DNA of 64,000 nt from NCBI GenBank assembly GCA_001600815.1, contig BCKZ01000001.1:1149389-1213388 (forward strand). The letters are read 5' to 3'. Below are positions 45,271 to 58,087 of the stretch, piece by piece (position 1 is the stretch's first letter; each line of letters starts with the position of its first letter). This stretch comes from Alloascoidea hylecoeti (Eukaryota). The notes beneath the pieces were generated by a model. It ran no database searches. It saw nothing but the letters and a program-made list of their open reading frames with translations, and was not told the origin of the DNA. A program made the position numbers and the translations under genes.

Positions 45271-46088
45271 TTCGAGTAAAAACAAATGAAATAATTAAAA
45301 CTTATAAAATCACTATTATTGCTATTATTTTCTTGAAATGATGACTTTAGAAATGCCAATAAATAGAAGAAATGAAATGAAATAGTACTTAGATGATAAT
45401 TGAGAAAAGATAGGAGTAATCAAACTAAGGTATAGAGTAGTTACGTATTTATTTTAATGAAAAAAGATTTCGCATAGAAATGAGAGATCAAAAAAGAGAA
45501 GATAAAACAGTAGAAGAAAGAGTGGTTTCTGTATCTGAAGAAAGGAGAATAAAATGATATAAAAAGAGTAATTGATAGAAACGAAGGATCTGATTTGTTA
45601 GATACACCCACACATTCATATACTAACTTTAATTCGCTAACTTCATCTCTGCTTTCTAAATAAATATAATCTCCTCATAAAAATATGGTTCAGAAAATCC
45701 AAGTAGTCATATGAATTGAAATATTAGGAATTTTTCAATACAAATTCTGGCATACGTCAACCAGCAATATACTTACAGTGTTTACAATTATGATTGGTAA
45801 TTATCAAAACTTTTCGTTACTATGAAAACCCTCACGTAATCAGTATAAAAGAATATAAAAGGACCTCTAAGAATTCACACTAAATATACGTAAGTAGCTT
45901 ATTTAATAAGTGGTCTGGAAAAAGACGTAAATTCTTTTATGTAGAAGTTTCGTTGCCAAATCGGACAATTATTGGGCGTTTGAATGTCAATATTTAGCAT
46001 TACCAAGAAGAATTATTGGTGATATCTGCAAATATTAACGGCGGACTTGTGCACAACGTTTCGATATCCCGAATATTCCTACATCATA

Positions 46089-46112
46089 TGGCCTAAATTA
46101 AGTGAAATGACT
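46089..46112 (+). repeat. Dispersed putative TIR, copy 2, ~83 bp upstream of the LTP1 ATG
   Basis: TGGCCTAAATTAAGTGAAATGACT. Confidence 0.6.
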
Positions 46113-46194
46113 ATATCCATAATAAATCTGATGGATGGATGTATTGGATATCACACTAACGGAGTACTTTTAAGTTAATTATATAATTATAAGA

Positions 46195-46958
46195 ATGGCA
46201 ATAGAAGAAGAAAAGAAATTCAGAGTCGCTTTCGTTTGCCTGGGAAATATGTATGTCCGGCCATGTAGTAGTTGTCAAATAAATATTCTAACATACCATT
46301 ATTCTTAGTTGTCGATCACCAATGGCAGAGTACGCTTAACTTAGTTATAAATGTTCAATCATGAGCTAACAGATTTTTAAGAGCCATTTTCACACATATT
46401 GTGGCCACAAATAACTTATCAGATAAATTTGAAAAGATTGACTCTTTTGGTACTGGATCATGGCATGTTGGTGATACTCCAGATCATAGATCAGCAGCAA
46501 CTTGCCGAGAAAATGGTGTTCCAGTAAACCACAGAGCCCAACAAATCGTAAGTTTTATTTACACAACGGCATATAGTACCAAAGAAATTGGCTGACGATG
46601 CAATGGGGATTTAGAAAAAATCGGATTTCAGAAATTTTGATTATTTATTAGCTATGGTAAGATCAATTGCAATTCATATTAATGTTGATCAGCTGATATT
46701 AACTACAGTTTCGCCCTTGTTTATATCTTATAGGATCTTAATAATAAGAGGAATCTCGAATCTATGAAGCCCAAATCTGATAAGACAAAAATATTACTCT
46801 TTGGTGACTTTAAATATAATGATAAATTTGATAAGATTGTGGAGGACCCATATTATGGTGGTATCCATGGATTCAAGCATAATTTTGACCAAATTGTTCA
46901 CTTTTCTAAAGGATTCATACATGACGTTGTTGATAAGGACTTTAAATTGGATGATTAA
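46195..46958 (+). CDS. LTP1: Low-molecular-weight protein tyrosine phosphatase; exons 46195-46250, 46309-46329, 46382-46547, 46615-46656, 46734-46958
   Basis: Spliced P-loop VAFVCLGNI|CRSPMAE|AIF, DSFGTGSWHVG..PDHR, FDYLLAM|D, VEDPYYGG; four GT-AG introns. Confidence 0.92.
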
Positions 46959-48475
46959 ATGCCAAAGTATAAGGTTGATATTACGAAATTACTGCCAGAA
47001 ACTAATGTAGAAAATTTATGATGAAAAGTTTTCTTGAGGGCGCTTAAATTGAATGAACACAAATAGAAGGGAATTCCTAGAAGATAGAAAAAATGAGCAT
47101 TATGTTAGGTATTAGAACATAGTAATAAAGAATTGATATGATGATTAACTCGAAATTTCAATTATTACACAACTATAAATTGGTTTAATCATCATTAGCG
47201 TTGAAGAAACTGTTATTGGATAGTAGTAGCAATGGATGCCCATTATCTTTCCCACATATATCCATTCACCAAATACTAAACAATTGGTCTGAAATGAAGA
47301 ATTCGTACAACATGTAGAATAACAAATAGGTTCACATTTAGATATAACTGATAAACGTATATCTGAATAATTGTTTCCCCTTCATAATGGACCACTTAAC
47401 TTTGTTTAGTGCTCCCATTTAAATTTGGAGATGAGATTAGCGCTGTATGCGGGAAATTTAAAGGCAAGCTCCGCTCAATAAAGAATTATGCAAGGAGCTG
47501 GAGAAACAATTGCAAAGTAATGTTAACGTTTATTTGCGATATTTTTTCTAAAAATTGCAGCTTGCAAACAGAATAATACTATTAAAATATTAAAGATCCT
47601 TATTCTTATGCTCTTATGTTTCTGATCCACCTTAATACATATTTTAGCTATAGATATTTTACATAAAGAGAGTTAAATCCCCTCCTCCTTGGATGCGGGT
47701 TCCCTACCATTTTATAATACAATTTGTATATCTTTTTCTTTTCAAATCTATATTTCACAACTAAATGGTATAACTTATATATCAATTTTAAACCTACTAA
47801 TAACGCGGGTACAAGCCGATAAATATGCATTTTATAAATCATTGTTTGGGACATGTATGGGTATTTTCATATCACATGCTTGAATAATGGCATATCGCTA
47901 AATATAAAGCGCATCTTTTTTATACCCTTTAATAATAATATTTATTGCGAAGTTAATATCATTTTCCGCTTACACAGTTCGACCCTTACTTATACTCTAC
48001 CCTCGTTTATGAAACTGATATTAAAACCAAATTGGGTATATATCAATTAAAATGTTATGCTAAAAAGAAGTACTACCATAATTTTAATATTGGTCGTAAG
48101 AGAAAATTGTACATACTGTATGGTCTTGGAATTGTACCATCATGATCATTCTAATAGTGTGAGATAATTCCAAGAATATTCCGAACTTCAATATTAACAG
48201 ATTTAGAACTGGAAATGACCTCGGAAACAGTCCCGGTGTAATTGTTATATATGAGTGCCAATGGCTCCTGAAATTAAATGTTTGCGTTCCTTAAGTTCTT
48301 TGGGGTAAAACATGATCTCGGATATCTGGTTCAGTATTTAATGTTATTAAGGTTAAAATCACTTGATTTATTAATATTTATTTTTTCTATAATATTCTTA
48401 TATTTAGTTCGAAGATTTCTTCTCATGATCGACATTTGAATTTGTAACTGCCATTAATAAAACACGAAACAAACA

Positions 48476-49927
48476 ATGACCTCGGTTCTTATTGTTGGAT
48501 GTGGAGTATTTGGACTTTCCACAGCATTAGAATTATCAAAATCCTCACGATATTCGACAGTTACATGTATTGATACCTATCCAATACCATCACCATTATC
48601 TGCAGCAAATGACATTAACAAAATCATAAGAACTGAATATTCAGATATTGTTTATACAAAGTTATCACTTGAAGCCCTTGATATGTGGAAGAATGAACCA
48701 TTATTTAAATCTTGTTATGAAAATACAGGTAGGATCATTGGAACACCAAACTTTGAGCCTCGAAGATTATTTGAAGAAGAATCGATTAAAAATCTAAGAA
48801 AACTGGATGTTAATAGTAAGGATTATATCAAAATGTTCAAAGGTGGAGAAACATTAAGTGAAAATTTTAAAGAATTTAAAGATAATAATTTTGATTCAAG
48901 TGATGAATTTAAATTTAATTCTAATTGTGGGTTTGCAGATTCAGGTAATAGCTTATTGAAAGTTTATTTCCAATGTGTTAAGAATGGAGTTAGATTTATA
49001 TTTGGTCCAAGTGGAGATGCAATAAAGTTAAATGTTAGAATCAATAACAATCATAGGAAAATTTTTATATCGACCAAAAATGACGAGAAATATTATGCTG
49101 ATAAAATACTTATTTGCTGTGGTGCAAATACAGTCAATTTAATAGATTTATCGGAACCGAGAATTAATGTCGAGGGATTACTATTGGGGTACATTAAGTT
49201 AACAGAAAGTGAGTATGAACGATTTAAAAATATGCCGATTTTGTTTCATTCAGATATCGGATACTGTTTCCCTCCGAATAAAAAAACAAGGCTAATGAAG
49301 ATTTGCTGCCCCGGGAAAGGTATTACCGACACAGCCGTGAATGATTTCAGTGGAACACCATATACTGTCCCAAATTATGAATTGAACAACCAAATAACAA
49401 AAACTGGATTGGAGCAGTTAAAGTTCTTTTTACACAAGTTTATGCCAAGTTTAGAATATCATCGATTTTTAACTTATAAGGTATGTTGGATAAGTAATAG
49501 TCCAACAACGGATTTCTTAATTGATAAGGTACCTGGATATAATAATGTGTTTGTTGCAACTGGCGATGTAAGTATCAAAATTATTATATACACATTGTTA
49601 CACAATGACTCAAAAACTCTCATAATCTCTTGAGCCCAGCTGTTTCGGTGGGTTGATCATGATTAACCGAACTAACAAGGATTTTATTTTATTAATTGAT
49701 AGAGTGGGCATGCATTCAAATTTCTCCCTAACATAGGTAGACATATCGTTTCACGAATGGAAGATACTTTAGATCCTTCTCTTTCGGGCAGGTGGGAATG
49801 GAGAACCAGTTCAAGAACACAAAATTTAGAATCTGGCCAAGGATGGAAGGGAAACGGTACAGCTAAGGAAATCAAAAATATCGATAAAACAGATTGGATT
49901 TTTGCAGGAACGGAAAGTAAATTGTGA
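48476..49927 (+). CDS. FAD-dependent sarcosine/pipecolate/fructosyl-amine oxidase family protein, peroxisomal; intron 49568-49702
   Basis: IVGCGVFGLSTA, SAANDINKIIR, flavinylation Cys in KVCW, spliced ATGD|SGHAFKFLP; exon 2 ends ...TESKL* (PTS1). Confidence 0.9.
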
Positions 49928-50159
49928 CTGCTATTAATTATTGAATTTACGTCTATTATTAGTTAATATTGATTAATGAAGAGAAATTGAGAAGTCTTGA
50001 TTATATTTGTCTTCATAAATACACTCATATCTTCCGTATCATACTTAAGCTTATGCCTATTTAATCTTGGCTTATTAATTATAATTAGAGACCGTAAGGC
50101 TACTCCGTTTCTTTTTTAACCTTAAAATCTTCATTTTATTTTACATTTAACTAGTAGAA

Positions 50160-52777
50160 ATGTGTTTACGTCCACAGGTTCCACAACCTACACTACTAAA
50201 TGAAAATGTTGCTATCGGAGTTAATAATAAGCAATTATTGGCTTCGAATTCGGGATTAGTCCTTGATGAACCTTTCGGGGATTTAGATTTGGAGTTTCCG
50301 TCAGCCGCAGCTAAAAATGGTCCAACTTTAAACCCAGAGACGACGACAAATGACCAAGAAGCATCGCAGAGAAAAGGTACCGGTATGTTTCTTTTACCCC
50401 ATAGTACCCCATACTATATCGATAAGGTGGATATTTCTCAACCCTCCTCGATTTATAGTCCGAAACAAACAACCTTTTATTTTCACTCAATAAATCTAAC
50501 TATATCTATGTAGTCTACAAGCATCGCATCTTATTTGAAGACCATCCTTTACGACAATCAATGAAAAGAAGAGGATTTGGATCTACAAAAATAAAAAAGT
50601 CTCAGATTCCAAATGTTGCTGATCCAAATCCTTTCAAGAGCATAAAAAATGGGAATGGGCACGGTATTCAAAAAACTAACGATATTCAATTTGCCAAGAA
50701 ATCAAATAAACAATTTGTAATTATTGAATCTCCTTATAATGAAATACTGAATCTTGGACATACTTATGTCCCTATGCCATTATATAAAGCTAAGGATAAA
50801 CAAAAGTCAAAACAAAGCTCAAAGTCAAAACAAAGCTCAAAATCAAAACAAAGCTCAAAGCCAAAACAGGTTATAAGCAGCTCAAAAGCCAATAATATTG
50901 ATGAAAATATTTCAAAAATTGAGCATGAGAGTTTAAAGCCTAAGGGTAATGGCACACAGAACAAGGAAAAATCTAGGACCTACACCCATGACCAAAAACA
51001 AAAGGACCAACAAAATTCTATAGATAAACAAATAAGCTCAAATTTGAATACACGAATAAATGATACAGTATCGCTAGAAAATGGTATGAATGAGAATTCA
51101 TTTACATTGCCAACATTATCAAACTATACATACGGTCTTAACCAAGACATAAATTTAAACATTGATCATGAAAATTTAGTTGGAACATCGACTATAGGTA
51201 CAATTGAAAGTACAATTACAAATACAAATACACTTCCATTAGAAACAAATGATCCATTGTGCTTTTCTACATTGAATAGCAATACAGACACAGTTCTAAC
51301 AAGCTCTTCAGGTTTAAAAAATCCAAGATTATCTTTTAATGAAGAATGCGATTTTATGTTCACTACTTTATCTGATATTAACCGCGACAATATTAATGCC
51401 GTAGGTATCTCAGACAATTCTGTCATCTCAGACATGTGTTCATTGTGTAAAAGTGATGACCAACTACAGTATATGAATTATTATGATGAAATTCTAGACC
51501 ATAATATTAATATTAACAATTACGTATGCACTAAGGTTGATGATAATGATAGTGATATTGATCGGCAACATCAATATATATATGCAAATGGATTACATTT
51601 ATCATCTCCAACTCAATTTCAATATTTTTCATCATCACAAAGAAATTTATGGAATATTTACCTTTTTAGATTTGCAAGGGTTTTCCCTACATTTTCGGAT
51701 GAACATAATCCGTTTCTTGAAATCTTAATACCTGCTTCAGTTGAATTACCTGAAATAAGGTCTGGCTTGCTAACATTAGCTGGTACATTTGATGATATTG
51801 AATATAATCATGAATCATACATTGAGTATATAAATCAACATAATATCGCAATTGAAACAGTTCATAAACGAATTTCAAACAAGGTATATTCTATTAAGAA
51901 TAAAAATGAAATTTATGCATTGATTTCACTAATCGTTTTATTAATGTTACATGATAAGATCCAAGGAATTAGATTAGATAAACTATCATTACATTTGGAT
52001 GCGATATATACAATTTTATCTCAATTTGATGATAATAATATTGACGAGTTATTAAAAGAGCCGATCGGTATGTTTATATTCAAATTATTTGCTTTTAATG
52101 ATTTAATTGGATCATTAATGCAAGATAAATCACCATTATATTTTAGATTTAAAAATTATAAAAATTTAATCAATGATCCTTATGTTGATGTTATTTGTTC
52201 TACTTTGGAATTGCAAGAAAAAATTAGGAACTTGAATAAAAACAGAAAACAACAAAGAAAGTTATCACTACCAACATCACTAAATAACTTTGATATTAAT
52301 GAGAATGATATTCAACTTGAAATTGAGAGGAGGTCGATTTTAACAAAAATTGATAAAATTAAACCTAATTTATTCTGGTTACCAACATACACAAATCCTT
52401 TTCAGGTTAAAAGTTTAATCAAAAACTCTAATAATAAACAACAGTCAGAATTAGTTGGAAAAATGTATAAATTACAATTAAAATTATCATTGGCTTTAAA
52501 AATTGAGGATAGAAGATTGCTAAGTCTAAAAATATCAGATTTAATTGTTAATAATATAAAAGTGAATTCTCAATTCTCAGTTGCTTTAATTTCAGGCATG
52601 ATTTTATCAAGTAAATATTTAAATTTAAATGCTAATGATAAAATTTATATAACGGAATATAAATTGATTTTAAAAGATTTGGCTAAGAAAACTGGTCATA
52701 AAATGTTTAAACCAGAAAATGTACCATTATATGAAGAATTCAATATGTTATCTTTGAATGAAAATGAGAAGGAATAA
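50160..52777 (+). CDS. Fungal-specific transcription factor domain protein (Fungal_trans_2-like) with no visible Zn2Cys6 cluster; intron 50383-50513
   Basis: Exon 1 joins in frame through GTATGT..CTAAC..TAG to the 738-aa ORF; NPFLEILIP, LHLDAI and FAFNDLIGSL are typical of this domain. Confidence 0.65.
50801..50868. repeat. 18-bp coding tandem repeat (SKQSSK)n
   Basis: aaagtcaaaacaaagctc-type unit, about 3.5 copies. Confidence 0.85.
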
Positions 52778-52869
52778 AATTCGGAGAGAGGACAATAAAA
52801 TAATAGATGATATAAAGGGGAGATAATGATTCTATACATATAATACTCAGTAGGGATATCGATACGAGA

Positions 52870-53002
52870 TTTTCTTTCTTTCTTTTCTTTTCTTTTATTT
52901 TTATTTTATTTTATTTTATTTTATTCTATTTTATTTTATTTTATTTTATTTTATTTTATTTTATTTTATTTTACTTTATTTTATTTTAGTTTAGTTTATT
53001 TT
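52870..53002. repeat. (TTTC/TTTTC)n-(TTTTA)n microsatellite between convergent genes
   Basis: Long run of ttttattttatt directly after the GST stop codon. Confidence 0.95.
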
Positions 53003-53007
53003 TGTAG

Positions 53008-53793
53008 CTATATATCATATTTTTCCATTTCTTTAATGAACCCTAAGGTCCAATCATCAAATTCAAAAGGCATTCCAACAGCCATCGCACATCTTATCCA
53101 TTTCAATAATCCAGCATACACAAAGTCAGCAAAACAAATCTCATCTCCATATAAATTATATTTACTAGAATGATTAAATTTATTAAATTTTTTAGAGTCA
53201 ATTCCTTTCAATTGGAAATTAAATCTAGAAAAGCTTTTTGTTTCATTTTCAATAATCTTACAACCTTTTTTAATTGATTCTTTATCATTTCTCATTGAAT
53301 CGAGATCGTAATTCCTCCATTTTTTTCGTGACTCATACATATATTCTTTGCCCTTTTCGTCTAAAAATAATGGTTGAAATGGCCATTGGCATGGTCTCAG
53401 CTCTTTTGTTAAGACATCAAATCTATAGTTAATAAATTCTTTGCTAAATAATAAATGTTCTTGTGTTGGATAAATGGACGGTGTGGGAAGCAAATCTTCT
53501 AAATAATCAGCAATTACATTACCATCCATAATTGTTTCACCTTTATATGTAATCGCAGGTAATGTGAAAATAGGCCCTTTCGTTGGATCATCATGATTTG
53601 GTTCGACTCCTAATTCTTGAAGGGTCTTTTTAATATCAGGATATGATATCCATTTGGTTTTAAATGGAATTTGTTTATAATTTAAAAGATATCTTATTTT
53701 ACTAGTATTTGGTGACCATTGTTTTGGGGTTAAATTTGAATCAATGTCATATAAAATGAGTATTTCCTTATCAGTATTATCAATAGTAGACAT
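53008..53793 (-). CDS. Fungal glutathione S-transferase (LigE/etherase-like class)
   Basis: LYDI, WSPNTSKIRYLLNYKQIPFKT.WISYPDI, FTLPAI, IADYLE, FADFVYAGLLKW. Confidence 0.85.
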   Translation of the reverse strand: MSTIDNTDKEILILYDIDSNLTPKQWSPNTSKIRYLLNYKQIPFKTKWISYPDIKKTLQELGVEPNHDDPTKGPIFTLPAITYKGETIMDGNVIADYLEDLLPTPSIYPTQEHLLFSKEFINYRFDVLTKELRPCQWPFQPLFLDEKGKEYMYESRKKWRNYDLDSMRNDKESIKKGCKIIENETKSFSRFNFQLKGIDSKKFNKFNHSSKYNLYGDEICFADFVYAGLLKWIRCAMAVGMPFEFDDWTLGFIKEMEKYDI

Positions 53794-56700
53794 GACTAAT
53801 ATTTAAAAGAGGTTAAATCTATCAACTTAGGCTTAGGTTGATTATCATCACGTGTGTGGTTGGATCAAAACACTCCGTACACCCAAATGGCATGGTAGAG
53901 GCGGCACATTCTTCTTCTTCGGATAATGGGAAAGCTAGAGACATATTCGAGGCATGCTAGTCATTGAGTTCCTTTAAGGTATTGTAGTGATCGTAGTGAA
54001 TATTGGAGAACAAGTTAAAAACAGAACCCAAAACAAGCAAGAAGAACTTCTCTAAGTACAAATTAATTATGAATTACCATACTACGACAAAATAGACTGA
54101 TCATAACATAAACTATCATGAGAACATTGAGAAGGAAGTAACAATACGCCTACCCAATGCTAATCTATACAATTAGGTAAGTGTAACTTCTGAAGCACCA
54201 CAGTTATCAATCCAATCTGACATTAATTACACAAATTTTATTAAAGTAAGAAGATACTTTATACAGAAGAAAGTAATGGCCAATTAATTCCTCTCTAATC
54301 ATATCATTCAGGATGAACATTTTCTCTCACATGACCACCACTATTTTCAATAAGTTCATTCACCTTCAGTATTAGAGATATATAGTAATGGAGCAGAAAT
54401 TTGGATCTATGCTCTCGAGAGCACTTTTAGTGTATTCTCAAAGTTGATTTATCTTTTATTATCTGCTCCCTTTTAATTTTATAGGTGGCTCATTTTTGCC
54501 AATGATTCTTCTCCACAACTTCTCGGTTAGGGGCTATATGCAAGTCCCTCCATTACTTCGATTCCCTCATCTTCAACCCACAACATGATAAAGTCAGATC
54601 TAGATTTGTGAATAGAATGCTATTATTGGAAGCATTACCTTGCTAAAATTTTCGAAGAGGCGAGACACTTTTCTGCATTATATCTGGGCACAATTGCACG
54701 AGAGATTGTTTTGCGTTATTCTGCAACGGAAAATCACGACCAGTAAACGCCAAACATGCCAAGTAGAATATTTATTCTCGGAATAACGGATATCTTTTTG
54801 GCATTTTAATCGCATGAAGAAGATGAGTGTACTAGTGCATCGCAGTGTGGAACGCGCTTATTTCAGAAATCGCGATTGGAGAGCCCGAAATTGTTTCTCA
54901 CACTGATGATACTGTATATTCTTATCTTTCCGGCTTAAGTGAAGCGTCTCTAGGTTGACTTGCCCATCAGGAATGTCATAATGATTGACCTAGGATGTAT
55001 TTTAATTAAAGTTATGACATTTCAAATTTTCAACCACGAATTAGAAACCCCAGAAAATACAAATTATTACAAAATATTTTTAAATACTATAATTGAGATC
55101 TACTTAATCTCATGGTTTTAAACATTCCATATTGTCCTTTTGTGATTTTTTCTCTGATGTAAAGTGCATTTTACAAATTAGCGTATTAAGCTCACAATCT
55201 CCAATCTTGCGGCAAACAACATTTTTTATCATCTCCAAAGAATTATATACTATCAGTATTTTACCTCTCCAGGATGTGTAAATTCCACTGAATAGCTTTT
55301 AAGTGATCTTCGAGCGCCGGGGTGGAAATTTGAGATAATAAAATTTGCTGCACCCTTAAAGATGTTTGTGTGTTTAGTTTTGTCAACTTCGTAATACAAG
55401 CTTCTTCTACAAGTTCAGCCGACTTCTATTGTTCAGGTAAATATTCATATTAAATGAATTTGAAATTGTACTCAGATTTTTTGGTCACTTCTGCTTCGTT
55501 TTCACTCACCCAAAACCTCTTCGAAGTAGAGATTTTCTGGTGCTTAAAAGAGAAAATCTCTGAGATGGATCTTTTTTTCACGCGCTCCAAAATCATTTCA
55601 TAAAGCAGCCCAGGAAAACGTTTTATATTGGAAGCAACCGTCTTCGGCACAAATCAAAAGTTCCAGAACTGGCTCTCACTCCTATTATAAGAACTTAAAG
55701 GCGGCATATGATGCCCATATGTAACTTTCCAGCTACTACCTTCGCTTTAAACTCAAATCTTCACACAATATTAATATTAATTAGATTAAAATTGCTACTT
55801 CTTATAGGGTAATTCTACCAACAATAAATTCAATAGAAAAAAGTCTATCTTTGGAAACATTTTGGATAATACCGGGACATGACACCATGAAATCGAATTC
55901 AAAAGATGTTAATTTCAATTTTATTTCAAGTTATTAAAAAACAATTTTTAGTTTGATTGCTTTTAAGGGCATTAAAGTAGAAGGGTATGATTACATATTA
56001 TTATATATTAGCTATATATGAATGAATCACATGGAAATATATTGTAAAATATTAGAGAAAAGAGTCTGTAGTTTGAAATTGGAATACATCATTAACGGAA
56101 ACTATTCTTATAATATATATGACCTATTTCATATGTTAAAATAGACCAATTCATTAATAAAAAAAAGTCTAAATTTGAAGTTTCTAAATTTCAGCTACTA
56201 GATATTGCAATATGTTAACTTGTGTTGTGTCAGATGAATAACTATAAACCTTATAAAGTTATAGACCTATATCTTCAAAGATTCCTCATTAAGATTATAG
56301 TTAGGATAGACGCATAAACCCTATAAGTTATATGTCTACTAATGGCTTAACCCTTTCCCTTTTCATCTTTACTCAAGATCTAAGGGTTTTTCCATTCCTA
56401 ATTCCTTTGGCTCATACATATATTCCACTCTTTTTTGTCGATAAATACTATTATCTCTATGTCAATATTAATAGTTTAGTTAATTTAATATTTACGACTG
56501 TCAATTTTTTTCCTGATTTCGAGAATTGCTCTTTAGAAGCAACCTTAGAATCTGATAGAGTCTTATAAACGTTAGTTTGAGTTCTTGTCGCGATCGCGTC
56601 TGCATAATATAAATCTAATTGGATGATCCTAAACGTGTCATATCCTTTATAACTAAAAACTGTTCTCTTTAGAGTATAATATAACGCTATGAAAACACGA

Positions 56701-57214
56701 CTAGGCAGAAAAGAATTGCATCTTTAAGCTTAATTAAGAAAAAGTGTATTTACTATTTAGACTTTTTTGATTAGAGAGTCCTTTATGCATGTCTCACAAA
56801 TCTAAAACCAGATTTAGACAGCAACGAACCTTAACGTTAACTACAACATTAAATATAATAATATCAGTTTGATTAATTACGAATATCTGAATTAATATGA
56901 AAGAGAAAAATGTATTTTAAAAGTAATTTTAAAAGTATTTAATTTATTTGATTTGATTGATATAATCGATTCATTCATAAGATAAAAAATGTAAATACTA
57001 TAGTTAGTTATTTAGTTACTACATTCTGTATAAGACAATGGGTAAATAATACACTAAATTCAATGACGAAGAAAAAGGAGCAAAAATTTGATAGTTTTCC
57101 CATGAATGATCATGATAATAATGGAATGTTAACGACGATAAACGAAGAAAATAATAAGCAAAAGATTTTATTTAAATAATTTCAATATTGAATTTTAAAT
57201 ATTGAAGTTTAAAT

Positions 57215-58087
57215 TTAAACAAGAGCAAGAACATTTTCTTTGAAATTTTCAGCACCAACGTAATTACCGGGTGTGTAATAAGAACAGATAGTATATTGAC
57301 CACAACTTTTACTAGAGCAAGAGACATAAGCACAACCAACTTGAGTTGAATCTTTCCAAACCATTTGGGTGAAATGACCGGTTGATTCACTGAATCCTGG
57401 ATTAGAATAATCATAATCTTTGATTTCATCATACCATGCATCAGCAGCAGCTTCTGTTTCGTAACCAACAGCTAGATTTTCACCGTAATCACCACCTGAA
57501 TGGACGAGGTTTCCTGAGCAATCATATGTATCAGCGTAAGCTTGGGCATATTGGTATAAAGTGTCATTCCAGGCTAAGTTGGAAACACCATGAAGAGCAC
57601 GCTTTAGATTATGAACATCAAGGATAGCGGTTGCGAAATCTTGATCAACAGAACCAGAAATTGTAGTTGATACGGCAGAGGTTGCAGCAGCAGTTGCAGT
57701 TGAGGAGGTCGAGGTTGTTGCATCAACAGTGTCATACACAGTCCATTCGGAAGTCCAGGCTGACGTCCAGACTGTTTGGAAGCTGCTTTCAGAAGCAGGG
57801 ACAGTGGAAACAGTGGATGTTGTATCTGCGACGACCTGAGCAGCAACACCGATTTCGATATCTTCAGAGGTAGAAGAAGTGGTGGCAGCAGCTGTGGTAG
57901 CAGTTGGAGTGGTGGCAGCAGCATTAGCAGTTTCAGTAACATAAACAGTGGCAACATTAGTTTGAACATTTGTTTCTGTTTGATAAACGACTTGGGTGAC
58001 CCAGACGGTGGCAGCATTGGTGAGACTTGGACCAGCCAAGGCAACTAAAGCGGCGATTCCAGTGAGGGATGAGCTAATTTGAACCAT
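57215..58087 (-). CDS. Secreted CAP/SCP superfamily protein (Pry1/Pry2-like)
   Basis: Signal peptide, S/T-rich linker, HNLKRALH, GENLA, WYDE, TGHFTQMVWK..TQVGC, CSY..PGN. Confidence 0.92.
   Translation of the reverse strand: MVQISSSLTGIAALVALAGPSLTNAATVWVTQVVYQTETNVQTNVATVYVTETANAAATTPTATTAAATTSSTSEDIEIGVAAQVVADTTSTVSTVPASESSFQTVWTSAWTSEWTVYDTVDATTSTSSTATAAATSAVSTTISGSVDQDFATAILDVHNLKRALHGVSNLAWNDTLYQYAQAYADTYDCSGNLVHSGGDYGENLAVGYETEAAADAWYDEIKDYDYSNPGFSESTGHFTQMVWKDSTQVGCAYVSCSSKSCGQYTICSYYTPGNYVGAENFKENVLALV

Noticed and set aside
47140..47385. Cys-rich open frame of ~80 codons on the minus strand
   Set aside because: No in-frame start or convincing splice acceptor and no recognisable motif
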